In this document: piece after piece, positions 10,761 to 22,192 of the stretch
Layout: every line of letters starts with the position of its first letter
Position numbering within the stretch: the first letter of the stretch is position 1
Origin: Octopus bimaculoides
Taxonomy: Eukaryota
DNA: 34,375 nucleotides
NCBI RefSeq assembly: GCF_001194135.2
Contig: NC_068982.1
Coordinates: 191,527,817 to 191,562,191, forward strand
Reading direction: 5' to 3'
Notes under the pieces: generated by a model
Seen by the model: the letters and a program-made list of their open reading frames with translations, nothing else
What the model was told of the DNA's origin: nothing
The model's database searches: none
Translations under genes and position numbers: made by a program

Positions 10761-11169
10761 TACGTACATGTGTGTGTGTGTATGTGTTTATGTGTGTGTG
10801 TCTGTGTGTGTGTCTGTGTGTGTGTGTGCGTGTCTCTCTGTCTGTTTGTCTGTCTGTCTGTGGTGTATGGTTTTAGCTCATCTGTACTCTTATATCCAAA
10901 CAATAAGCTTGTCCTTTTCCTTTATGGCAAGTCAGCTTTGAAGAATTATTGATTCATCGGATTACTCCCCTATATTCCGAGTTTTTTTTAATAATCTGTT
11001 ACGTCGCTAATTACTCTACTCCGAGTACTCACTAAACTAGAACAACACTAGTTGCTGTACTCACGTTTTCCCTTCATCGTCCCCTTCTTCCTCCACCATT
11101 TTTCTCCTTCTCCCTCCCTTCCACTCTCTGTTTCCGCTTCTTCCCCCTCCCCTCCCCCTCCCCCCTCTC

Positions 11170-11832
11170 NNNNNNNNNNNNNNNNNNNNNNNNNNNNNNN
11201 NNNNNNNNNNNNNNNNNNNNNNNNNNNNNNNNNNNNNNNNNNNNNNNNNNNNNNNNNNNNNNNNNNNNNNNNNNNNNNNNNNNNNNNNNNNNNNNNNNNN
11301 NNNNNNNNNNNNNNNNNNNNNNNNNNNNNNNNNNNNNNNNNNNNNNNNNNNNNNNNNNNNNNNNNNNNNNNNNNNNNNNNNNNNNNNNNNNNNNNNNNNN
11401 NNNNNNNNNNNNNNNNNNNNNNNNNNNNNNNNNNNNNNNNNNNNNNNNNNNNNNNNNNNNNNNNNNNNNNNNNNNNNNNNNNNNNNNNNNNNNNNNNNNN
11501 NNNNNNNNNNNNNNNNNNNNNNNNNNNNNNNNNNNNNNNNNNNNNNNNNNNNNNNNNNNNNNNNNNNNNNNNNNNNNNNNNNNNNNNNNNNNNNNNNNNN
11601 NNNNNNNNNNNNNNNNNNNNNNNNNNNNNNNNNNNNNNNNNNNNNNNNNNNNNNNNNNNNNNNNNNNNNNNNNNNNNNNNNNNNNNNNNNNNNNNNNNNN
11701 NNNNNNNNNNNNNNNNNNNNNNNNNNNNNNNNNNNNNNNNNNNNNNNNNNNNNNNNNNNNNNNNNNNNNNNNNNNNNNNNNNNNNNNNNNNNNNNNNNNN
11801 NNNNNNNNNNNNNNNNNNNNNNNNNNNNNNNN
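11170..11832. other. Assembly gap
   Basis: N run. Confidence 1.
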
Positions 11833-11880
<48 letters not shown>

Positions 11881-13840
11881 GCTAGTTGTCTGATCCCCGA
11901 TCCAGCCTCTTCCTCATCAAGTCACTTTCCAAGACTCCAACACGCTACAAACGATAACAGAGTGCTCTGTTGTTCCAAAGTAATTTGACAAGGGATCTCG
12001 GGGTCGGCAGCGAGTCCCAGAGATATAATGTGCAGATCTACCCAAGTGGGTGTACTCTGCTATTTACAAATCAGTACTCTGTTGTTTAATGGCTAACTCC
12101 TGCTAAACAAATGCTATTGGCCATTCATGCGGTCAAAAAACTTCAAGAAATGAAACTCTGAAATTTGGAATCTGGAACATCCGCACCCTGATGGACAATC
12201 TAACTTCCGATCGATCTCGTGCTCCAGAGCTTCACCAACTCAACTTCGACATCGTCGCTCTGAGTGAGACCCGCAGAGCTGGAGAGGGTCAACTGAGAGA
12301 AAAACAAGGTCGTTACAACTTTTTTTTTGGAAAGGGCTCGACCCGGAACAACCAAGGATCCACGGAGCAGGCCTTGCCCTCAACAGTAGTCTGCTGCCCG
12401 ATCTCACCGAACAAAACCAGCCGGGAAAAAGGAACACCTCGTCACTCTTCAAATTCCTCTTCAAAAGAATCAGCATGCTGCCACTATCATAAGCGCCTAT
12501 GCTTTAGACGCTGAAGATGAAGTGAAGGAGAATTTCTATGCCCAACTCGACAACATTCTCTCGTCCATCCCCAAAAGGGACAAAATCCTATAAGACCTCA
12601 ATGCCAGAGCTGGAAAAGATAACAACCTCTGGAAAGGCATCGTCGAGAAGGAAGAGGTTGGCAAAGTCAACGCAAACGGAACATCCTTTCTGACAAAATA
12701 TATAGAACATGATCTGGTGATCACTGACACCTTATTTCACCAGAAAACCAAACACAAAGTCTCCTGGCAACACCCACGATCCAAACATTGTCATCTGATC
12801 GATTATGTCATTGTAAGAGCCAGAGACCAACAAGACGTCATGAAGACAGCTGCAGCCACAGGTGCCGATGAGTGTTGGACAGACCATCGATTGATTTCAT
12901 CCATCACGAGAATAATGATCCAACCCAAGAGAAAACATCAAAACCAAAACAACACCAAGAAACTCAACGTTGACAGTCTTCGAGACTCCGAGAAAGTAGT
13001 GAAACTTCGTCTAACACTACATGAAAACTATCTCAACAGGAAGTGAAACCGTCATTACCCATTGAGGACCACTGGAGCCAACTGAAAACCGCCACTGTGG
13101 ACACCTGGAAAGAAACCATCAGATTCAAGACCAAAAGATATCAAGATTGGTTCGATGAAAATGATAAGCAACCCAAACAACTTATCGATGTAAAAATAAA
13201 GGCCTTCATCGTCCCCCAAAATGATTTGAGATCCACTGTGAAACGCAAGTAATATCAAGAATGCAAAGCCAAAGTTCAGAAAACCATCCGGAACCTGAAA
13301 AACCTATTGTTGAGGGACAGACAAAGGAAGTTCAACAACTTGCAGATACCAACGGCACCAGAAGCTTTTTCAATGTCACCAAAGCAATCTTTGGACCATC
13401 TACCATTGGTCAAGCCCCACAGCAAAGCAAGGACGGCTCAACCATCCTCAAGAGTAATGCCAAGATTAATTCGAGACGGAGAGAGCACTTCGAAGTGCTG
13501 ATTAATGAAGACACCACTTTTGACAGTGACGTCCTAGATTTCGTCCCAAAACGACCCGTTGAAGATTCCTTAAGCAAGTTACCAACTCTTGCTGAAGTGA
13601 AAGAAACCATCATCACTCCGAAAAACAACGAGGCTGCTGGGCAGGACGGGATCCTCTCTGAGATTTCTCCATTACCAACTGCGCCAGCTCCTCACCCAGA
13701 TTTGGACCATTGAAGAGATACCGTCTGACTTCAGAGATTCAGCCATCGTGACTATCTACAAGAAGAAGAGAGGATAATCTGAATGCGGAAATTGCAGGTG
13801 AATCTCTTTGTTGGCAACTGATGGCAACGTACTGCAGGGA

Positions 13841-13886
13841 TTAAACCATTGGCTGATTAAACCATTGGCTTTAAACCATTGGCTGA
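13841..13886 (+). repeat. Triplication of TTAAACCATTGGCT(GA) inside the LINE
   Basis: Units at 13841, 13857 and 13871. Confidence 0.9.
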
Positions 13887-14507
13887 GAAAATTCTTCTGA
13901 AGACTCAAACAGGTTTTAGACCATCCCAGAGAACCATTGATATGATCTTCACCTTGCGTCAACTCCAAGACAAGTGTCGTGAACAATACTAACCTCTGTA
14001 CATGACCTTCATTGATCTGCCCAAGGCGTTCGATCCCGTGTCAAGAGAAATTCTCTGGGATATTCCCTCTACCAATGGATACCCTCCGAAGTACATCTGC
14101 ATTCTAAGACTCCTCCATGATGGCATGCTTGCAACTATCCTGGCCAACCAAGGAACATCAGACCCTTCCCAAGTAAAAAACAGGAGTAAAACAGGGATGT
14201 GTAATTACTCCAACACTGTTTGCCATCTTCATCGCTACCATCCTGCACATCATTATGAAAGATCTTCCATCAGGTATCGAAACTTCAACCTTGCCCGTCT
14301 CAAGTCCAAAACCAAGATATCCTCTACCTCCCTGATCAAGTTCCAATATGCAGCTCTTTCGGAGGGAGACCTTCAACGGACCCTGATCGCCTTCAACCGA
14401 GCATACAGCACCCTTAGTCTCACCGTCAACTCTAAAAGACCCAGATTCTGTACCAACCAACCCTCAAACGACCCAGCCAGAAGAGAACTATTAATTAAGC
14501 TTGGAGA

Positions 14508-14611
14508 CACTAGCGTAGCTGGGGAGGGGAGAAGGGGCGGTACTTTTGCTGTAAGCAATATATGGTTTTTTGTGGGGTCCGGGGGCGGCACACACTCTAG
14601 CTACGCTAGTG
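14508..14611. mobile_element. 104-bp MITE, hAT-like, inserted in the LINE RT
   Basis: 13-bp perfect TIR CACTAGCGTAGCT/AGCTACGCTAGTG. Degenerate 8-bp TSD CTTGGAGA/CTCAGGGA. Excision restores the frame IKLGETTLESVDHFPYLGS. Confidence 0.85.
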
Positions 14612-14919
14612 CTCAGGGAAACGACCCTCGAAAGCGTGGACCACTTTCCTTATCTTGGGAGTCGTCTCTCATCAAATCTTGACCTGAGCAATGAGATTCA
14701 GTATCGTCTGAAGTGTGCTGGAACTGCCTTTGGCCGTCTCTACGACAGAATCTTTAAAGACCGTGACATCAGAACCGAAACCAAAATGGTTGTATACAAA
14801 GCAGTAGTCATCCGAACATTCCTTTTACACATCTGAAACCTGGACAACTTGCCGTCGCCATCGGAAAACGTTGGAAAAGTTTCATCAAAGATGTCTTCGA
14901 AGTAACCTGAACATTGGCT

Positions 14920-15170
14920 CTGTGTGTGTGTGTGTCTGTGTGTGTGCATGCGTGTTTGTCCCCACCCACTGCTAGACAACTAGTTCTGGTGGTGTTTACG
15001 TCCCCGTAAGTTAGTGGTCTGGCAAAGGAGACCCAAAGAGTGAGCACTACATTTAAAGAAAGTATCGGGGTCGATTCGTACGAGTAAAGATTCTTGAAGG
15101 CGATGCCCCAGTGTGGCCGCCGTCTAATGACTGTGACAAGTAACAGATAAACACTGGGTTGAAACATAAC
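14920..15170 (+). mobile_element. SINE family B 3' half
   Basis: GTGTTTGTCCCC..GACAACT..GGTGTTTACGTCCCCGTAAG..GGGGTCGATT..GGCGATGCCCCAGTGTGGCCGC aligns with 19000-19200. Confidence 0.8.
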
Positions 15171-15249
15171 GGTCCATACATATTGCCTAACGCACACATG
15201 CGCACACGAGCGCGAATGTTAAAAATATCCCATACAAGGTGAGAGATGT

Positions 15250-15962
15250 GGGAAAATAATGACAAAAGGAGGAAAATGCATTTTCTTTATGCTTTGCAGT
15301 TAATTAATTGCAAAATATATTATTACAGTAAAATCCTTTCAAAATACAATAATATGTCTTAAAAACACATTATCAACATCAGATTGTTTCAAAATACATT
15401 ATTACAAGTTAATTTTTTTAAATATCTATAAGATATATTTGCCTTTAGACTCTTGCATAAAGTACAAATATTTACCTAATTTGGAGCTATTAACGTATAC
15501 AATATTACCCCTCTTGTGACCCGGTGAGTCTACAATGGAGGTACTTTCGGTAGACGCACTGCATATTAAATGAAGACTAGTAGCAAGGCATTACACACGA
15601 ACATTGCAATGAGCATCTTCTGTACGAAGTGAAACCGGTTTGTAATTATGTACTTTGAAATATTAAATTATGTATTTTTTGTAATTATTGACTTTGGAGT
15701 GTTTAATAATGTATTTTGAAATGATTTGAATGTCCCTCGGAGTCTGTAATCTTGAAATGATTTGATTCCAGGAATGTATTTTGGGTATGGTATGATATTT
15801 CGGAACATGTAATACTGTATTTTGAAACGAATCAGTGGTAATAAGTTGTTTTTGAATATGTATTGTTGTCTTTTGAAATGATTTGACTTTAATTTGAATT
15901 TGGAATTAAATAACTGCCACATTAAAGGGAAAATGCACTTTCTGTTTGTTATTTTTTTCCAT
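15250..15962. mobile_element. Foldback/MITE-like element with long imperfect TIRs and subterminal TTCAAAATAC repeats
   Basis: 15296-15410 aligns with the reverse complement of 15803-15917 (roughly 70-75% by eye). Weaker similarity extends to about 15250/15962. Confidence 0.75.
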
Positions 15963-16097
15963 ATATGTGTGTGATACTCAATAGTTGCGTCTGTTTAAAT
16001 TATTTCTATAAACTTTTATCGAAAGCAAGTCCACTGGGTGAAAACACACACAGACACACACACACACACACACACACGTTTTGTAGTGAGACCCGGT

Positions 16098-16296
16098 TAT
16101 TCAGGTGTACTGAATAGATAAAAGTTAAGGTGTACGAAACAGGTACCTGTTCAGGTATAAGTTCAAATGTACTCATCATGTATATCTTCAGGTGTACTAA
16201 ACACGTGTGTGTTCATGCCTACCAAACAAAAACATACTAAATAGGTATGTACGAATAAGTTCAGGTGTACCCAACAGGTGTGTGTTCAGGTGTGTC
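16098..16296 (+). repeat. Degenerate ~25-bp minisatellite GTTCAGGTGTACNNAACAGGTGTGT
   Basis: CAGGTG at 16102, 16189, 16262, 16275 and 16287, plus variants. Confidence 0.65.
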
Positions 16297-16544
16297 GCCA
16301 TTCTCTCAATGTGACACTGCCCAAGGGATTACAACTGTATATTTCCGGTTGCTGTTTAACCCTAGGTCAGCTCCAATCCAGCAGACCTATCATGAAAAGC
16401 ATTCTATGCTTTTCATTTGCCATAGACATCCAGATTACATAATCCAGCACATCCGTCCGATTTTTACGATAGTAATGTGTGATTCAAGAGAAATTTGGCT
16501 GCTATTACAAGTATCTTGAAAGACCACCAAAGGGCATCCTTCAG

Positions 16545-16690
16545 CGACACCCCCCACCTCACCACCACCACCACCACCACCACATCACTACCTCACCACT
16601 TCCACTCTCACACCCCATCCCCACCACCGCCACCACCATCTCCTCCTTCTTCTCCTCCACCGCCACAACCGCCGCCACCGCCGCCACAAG
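16545..16690. repeat. (CAC/CCG)n low-complexity tract; (TG/TA) tracts follow at 16795-17125
   Basis: Read directly. Confidence 0.9.
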
Positions 16691-17490
16691 CAATGGTGTC
16701 CTTTAAAAGCAGTCGTTGTGTAGACACCATTCTCTATTTTTATGCATCATGTTTACTGTATTGGTGGACTGCTGAATTTGGCCGAGTGCCAGCAGACACA
16801 CACACACACACACGTGTGTATGTGCTGGCGTGTGTGTGCGCATACATAAATATATACATATATACATACATGCATGCATGCATACACACATATATGTATA
16901 CACATTTACACATGTATATCTATTTGCCTGTGCATGTGTGTGTATATAGATATGAATATACGTGCATATATGTTTATGTATGGATGTATATTACAATAAT
17001 ATATAAATGTATGTGTACATGTGTGTGTGTGTGCATGTGTGTGTGTACTTGTGTGTGTGCTTGTGTGTGTGTGTATGTGTGTGTATGTGTGTGTGTGTGC
17101 GTGCGTGTGTGTGTGTGTGTGTGTATCAAACACAATAGCTGCAATTTCTAATTTGTAATTAGCTGCAACGAACTCTTTTCGCTGAATGAACGCCTCCTCC
17201 TTGATTAGACGAATTAAGACAGGAGTTGCAAAGTTCATGTGGGTCTGGTTGCCATCACCACCACCTCCATCATCATTAGCATCACCAACACCTCCACCAC
17301 CACCACCACCAAGGATTTTTATCCCCACCCCCTGGACCTGAATTAACCCCCACTCCCACCAATCTCCTCCTCCTGTTTTAGGGAAGTGGTGAACGGTTGG
17401 TTAGTTTCACATCGACCCTAGCATATGACTGGTACGCTACGCTATCGACCTGCTGAGGGGGGAGGGAGGCGGCGGTTACAGCTGATATCG

Positions 17491-18206
17491 TTTACTCGTT
17501 TCAGTCATTAGAGTGTGGCCACGCTGGGGCACCGCCTTGAAGGGTTTAGTCGAACTAATTTCCTCTACTACGTAATGTTATACCTGGTACTTGTTCTATC
17601 CCGCAAAGTTACGGGGACGTAAACACACCAACACCGGTTGTTAAGCGGTGGTGGAGTCAAACACTGATTGTTGGCACTCTGTCGCTTACGACGTCGAGGG
17701 TTCCAGTTGATCCGATCAACGGAACAGCCTGCTCGTGAAATTAACGTGCAAGTGGCTGAGCACTCCACAGACACGTGTACCCTTAACGTAGTTCTCAGGG
17801 ATTTTCAGCGTGACACAGTGTGACAAGGCTGACTCTTTGAAATACAGGCACAACAGAAACAAGAAGTAAGAGAAAGCTGTGGTGAAAGAGTACAGCAGGG
17901 TTCGCCACCAACCCCTGCCGGAACCTTGTGGAGCTTTAGGTGTTTTCGCTCAATAAACACTCACAACGCCCGGTCTGGGAATCGAAACCGCGATCCTATG
18001 ACCGCGAGTCCGCTGCCCTAACCACTGGGTCATTGCGCCTCCACCAGAAACTGATACAAAAGCGCATGCAAAGATACACACACACACATACACACGACAG
18101 GCTTCTTTCAGTTTCCGTCTACCAGATCCACTCACAGACACTTACCCAAGGTGCCACGCTGTGGGTCTGAACTTAGAACCATGTGGTTGGGAAGCAAGGT
18201 TCTTAA
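17491..18206 (-). mobile_element. SINE family B (CORE-like) split by a nested insertion
   Basis: 3' part at 17491-17664 and 5' part at ~18060-18206 (GCTTCCCAACCACATGGTT..GTGGCACCTTGGGTAAGTGTC on the minus strand) flank the family D element. Confidence 0.8.
17665..18043 (-). mobile_element. tRNA-headed SINE family D, full length
   Basis: A-box TGACCCAGTGG (18021-18031), B-box GGTTTCGATTCCC (17977-17989), tail ..GCAGGCTGTTCCGTTGATCGGATCAACTGG..GTGCCAACAATCA. Confidence 0.85.
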
Positions 18207-18547
18207 AAGGTCAGCTGTGGTGGTGGACACTACAGGACAAATACAGGCGGGTTGGGTCGTCTTAACTGGATTGTCGGCCCCAGGTAAATCCCTGCACTTC
18301 GCCCTATAAAGAGCATACAAAGATCAGAATCGAGCCGTTTGACTTGTTGGATCGTTGGACGATCGCTGAGTCCATGGCTTGAAACAGCACTGGTTGGGGG
18401 TGAACGGTTTTAGTCCTCATCATCGTCATCATCACAACGTGAGGTCAATAAGAATTTTTAATATAAAGGTGAGGGAGAGGAGATAATGCTGATTATATCG
18501 ACCTCAGTGGCTCACTGGTACTTACACCACCACCATCGGCAACAAAA

Positions 18548-18727
18548 TGGTTTCAAATTTTGGCACAAGGCCAACAAGTTCGGGGGAGGGGGTATGAGTC
18601 GATAACATCGACCCCCAGAGCCCAACTGGTATTTAATTTATCGACCCCGAAAGGATGACAGGCAAAGTCGACCTCGGCAGAATTTGAACTCGGAACGCAA
18701 AGTTCGGCATGCTAACGATTCTTGCCT
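18548..18727 (-). mobile_element. SINE family A copy (partial second copy at ~18455-18530)
   Basis: TTTATCGACCCCGAAAGGATGA..AAAGTCGACCTCGGCAGAATTTGAACTC. Confidence 0.85.
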
Positions 18728-18829
18728 TTCGGCAATACGTATTCTAGAATAGGAACAATCCAGAAAAGATGAGTAAGGCCCCTGTGCAAGGATGACAAGC
18801 ACATTCATGAAGCGTTTCCTATTTTTTCA

Positions 18830-19218
18830 GGCTCAGGCGCGGCAGCTGTGTGGTAAGAAGCTTGCTTCCCAACCACATGGTTCCGGGTCCGGTCCCACTG
18901 CGTGGCACCGACCAAAGCCTTGTGAGTGGATTTAGTAGACGGAAAGTGAAAGAAGCCCATCGTGTATATATGTATATATATCTATGCGCTTGTCCTTGAA
19001 TCCGTGTTTGTCCCCCATCACCGTTTGACAACCGGTGTTGGTGTTTACGTCCCCGTAACTTAGCAAAAGAGATCGGTAGAATAAGTACTTGGCTTGAAAA
19101 ATAAGTCCTGGGGTCGATTTGTTCGACTGAAAAATTAAAACCTTCATGGCAGTGCTCCAGCATGGCCGCAGGCAAAAGACTAAAACAAGTAAAAGAATAA
19201 AACAATAAAGAATAATAA
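18830..19218 (+). mobile_element. SINE family B, full length with internal deletion of the CORE-like box
   Basis: Head GCTGTGTGGTAAGAAGCTTGCTTCCCAACCACATGG; body GTGAGTGGATT..AGACGGAAA; tail CAGCATGGCCGC..AAAAGAATAAAA. Lacks the TTGGGCAAGTG segment present at 34005-34030. Confidence 0.88.
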
Positions 19219-19324
19219 TTGTAATGACGATGCTGGACTCTGCCGTCGGAGAGGGCGAGGTAGGAGCGGCGGAGTGTCCAGCTTTTGCCGACCGACCTGC
19301 ACGAAGGATTTGTTGATAGTGATT

Positions 19325-19502
19325 AAATGTTCTCCATCCGATCAACGTCGCCTGAACAGGTGGTTGCTGTAGCACACATGAGATGCCAAAGCAACAGGAT
19401 ATGAAGTGACTTGATCAAGAACGCAACGCATCTCCCCGTCTAGGAACTGAAACCCCGATCTCGCGATCTTGAGTACAACATCTTAACCAATAGACCATGC
19501 CG
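19325..19502 (-). mobile_element. Truncated SINE with tRNA head and family C-like body
   Basis: Minus strand: GGCATGGTCTATTGGTTAAGATG..GGTTTCAGTTCC..GTTGCGTTCTTGATCAAGTCAC..CGTTGATCGGAT. Confidence 0.6.
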
Positions 19503-19546
19503 AGAGGAATAATAATAATAATGATGATGATGATGATGATGATGAT

Positions 19547-21009
19547 ACTGTACTTAGAGACGGCAAGAGGAGGAATAGTAACTTAGCTATGTCATGGATC
19601 GACTATTGTAAGGCGTACGATATGATCCCACTTTCTTGGATTATGGAAAGTATGAACCTATTTGGTATTGCATCGAATGTTGGAAAAAGTATGGCGAATT
19701 GGAGGACGGATCTGACAGCATACGAAAGAAGTTTAGGGACAGTAGAAATTTGGAGGGGCATCTTCCAAGGGGACTGCCTGTCCCGACTGATCTTTGTACT
19801 GTGCATGATGCCACTAACACTGATTCTGAGGAAAGCAAAGGCTGGGTATGTATTCGAAAGCCGCCAACAAAAAGACAACCATTTGTTATTCATGGATGAC
19901 CTCAAACTTTATGGTAAAGATGAACCCTAAGTCAGTTCCCTCGTTGATACGGTATATACCTTCAGTGCTGATATCAGAATGGAGTTCGGACTGAGAAAGT
20001 GTGGTATGTTAGTCTTAAAGATAGGCAAAATCAAATGTATGGACAGGCTAACGATACCGTCGGAGGAGGTTATGAAGCAGGTAGAAGAGACGGGCTATAA
20101 GTACTTGGGGATTTTGGAAATGGATAAATTGATGGAGAAAGAAATGACAGAAAAATTTAAGGTGGAGTACTTGCGCAGACTGAGACTGATCNNNNNNNNN
20201 NNNNNNNNNNNNNNNNNNNNNNNNNNNNNNNNNNNNNNNNNNNNNNNNNNNNNNNNNNNNNNNNNNNNNNNNNNNNNNNNNNNNNNNNNNNNNNNNNNNN
20301 NNNNNNNNNNNNNNNNNNNNNNNNNNNNNNNNNNNNNNNNNNNNNNNNNNNNNNNNNNNNNNNNNNNNNNNNNNNNNNNNNNNNNNNNNNNNNNNNNNNN
20401 NNNNNNNNNNNNNNNNNNNNNNNNNNNNNNNNNNNNNNNNNNNNNNNNNNNNNNNNNNNNNNNNNNNNNNNNNNNNNNNNNNNNNNNNNNNNNNNNNNNN
20501 NNNNNNNNNNNNNNNNNNNNNNNNNNNNNNNNNNNNNNNNNNNNNNNNNNNNNNNNNNNNNNNNNNNNNNNNNNNNNNNNNNGATCCTGTGGTATTTCAT
20601 GATTCAGTGCGACCATGAGATAGAGAATAGGAAGCCGGATATAGTCTTAATTGAGAAACTATGCTGGATCATAGACATAGCATGCCCAGCTGACAACAAG
20701 GTATGCGATAAGGAAGAAAGAAAAGTCGAGAGATATGACAGGTTAGCTTGGGAGGTTAGGCAGTTGTGGTCGATGAAAAAGGTGGCAGTAGTACCAGTAA
20801 TTATCGGAACAGTGAGTAAAAATCTCGATAAGTACGTGGAACAAATAGGGGTTGCAATAAGGGTGGAGCACTTGCAGAAAACAGCATTGCTTGGAACCGC
20901 TCGAATACTCCGGATGGTGCCCGAAAAATAAGAGGTGTTACCTTAGTTCACTTATAGTGAACAGCTGACACCGTAGTACATCTCCAGGGTTAGAAGCTGT
21001 GCAAAGGCG
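19547..21009 (+). mobile_element. 5'-truncated R4/Dong-like RLE LINE (RT + RLE), gapped
   Basis: RT motifs WIDYCKAYDMIP, GIFQGDCLS, FMDD (19889-19900), YKYLG. After the gap, RLE RKPDIVLIEK..IIDIACP..KVERY..KTALLGTARILR*. Preceded by (TAA)(TGA)n and followed by (TAA)n. Confidence 0.92.
20192..20582. other. Assembly gap inside the LINE
   Basis: N run. Confidence 1.
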
Positions 21010-21015
21010 ATGATG

Positions 21016-21046
<31 letters not shown>

Positions 21047-21305
21047 TGAGAATAAATCCATTACAGCGCTACTGCCACTTCCACCATCACCATCAAGGAC
21101 AGTATCACTACTACTACCACAAGCATTATCCCCCACCACCACCACCACTATCAACACCATCATCCCCATCTCTACTACCTTCACCACCATCACCACCACC
21201 ACTACCAACACTATCACCATCTCCACCATCTAACGCTATTAATATTAACAGCATCATCATCATCATCATCGGTATCGCCACCACCACCACCACCACCACC
21301 ACGCC
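21010..21305. repeat. (TAA)n and (CAC/CAT)n low-complexity tract
   Basis: Read directly. Confidence 0.92.
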
Positions 21306-21384
21306 GTATATCTCTCCTCATTTAAACTGAGCTGAAACAAGCGGTCGCCACATCACAATTGCTTGTTGCAGCTCAAACACTTCC

Positions 21385-21762
21385 TTCCACCTTGGTTCTT
21401 CTCTTAGTCTTTCTTCCTTCCTTCATTCTTCTCTTAATCTTTCTTTTGCTTCTTTTACCTTCCTTCTTTCTTCTCCTACTCTTTTCCTTTCGTTGTCCTT
21501 CCTCTCTATTCCTCCCTCTCTCTCATAAAATGCCTCTTCTTCCCTTTCTTCCTCCTCCCCTACTACATCCTCCTTTCTATATCTCTATCTCTCTATCTGT
21601 TTTCTCTCTCTTCCTCATCATTCTATAACCAACATCCCTTTCTTCCTCTCTCTCTTTCTCTCTCTGTCTTTTAACAAATCTCGCCTTTTATAGACCACTC
21701 TCTCACTCCATCTCTCACTCAATTCTACCTTTCTTGTATCTCACCTCTCTCTCTCTCTCTGC

Positions 21763-21798
<36 letters not shown>

Positions 21799-22022
21799 TT
21801 ATCCATCACTAATCGCTATCCTGCTCGCTGTCGTCCTCTCTCTCTCTCTAATCACTTCCCTTATACTCTATAGTCCACTCTCTTTCCTTCCCCTCTCTGA
21901 TCCATCTACCTTTCTCCAGCCAGCTCCTCCTCCCTCTCTCTCTTCCCGCTCCATCCACTACAGCCAACTTTCTCCCTCCTACTCCGACTACTCTCTCTCT
22001 TTACTCAGTCCCTCGCTCTACC
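21385..22022 (+). repeat. Long polypyrimidine (CT-rich) tract with (CTAT)n
   Basis: About 640 bp dominated by C/T on the plus strand. Confidence 0.9.
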
Positions 22023-22024
22023 AG

Positions 22025-22192
22025 TTATGAATGTTGCAGGGTTTGTGGCTGATGTAAGAACGGACGGCGGGAGATGTGACCGTCATCAAGTGTCGTCGTC
22101 CACCTCTTCCCCGTCATCGTGTCAACACGATGACAAAAGGAGTAAACAAACAGCCAACAACAGTCCCAACCGACGTCAGACACCCAACACCC
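22025..22192 (+). CDS. Candidate host-gene coding exon (168 bp, phase 1-1)
   Basis: Pyrimidine tract + CCAG acceptor, donor CC|GTAAGT, single open frame MNVAGFVADVRTDGGRCDRHQVSSSTSSPSSCQHDDKRSKQTANNSPNRRQTPNT, non-repetitive CpG-rich sequence. No family recognised. Confidence 0.45.

Larger units (their letters stand above)
12110..14905 (+). mobile_element. RTE/BovB-type LINE, decayed APE endonuclease + reverse transcriptase pseudo-ORF
   Basis: EN motifs FGIWNIRTL, DIVALSETRRAGEGQL, SWQHPRSKHCHLIDYVIV, CWTDHRL. RT motifs IFTLRQLQDKCREQ, FIDLPKAFD, QYA[DD deleted], DHFPYLGS, RLKCAGTAFGRL. Many stops and frameshifts. Confidence 0.93.

Noticed and set aside
11990-12070. Possible HDV-like ribozyme at the 5' end of the RTE/BovB LINE
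   Set aside because: Only a simple hairpin (GGGATCTCG/CGAGTCCC) is evident; I could not assign P1-P4/P1.1. A descriptor search is needed.
16906-17328. 140-aa minus ORF with a short non-repetitive middle
   Set aside because: Both ends are microsatellite-derived; no splice signals or family match.
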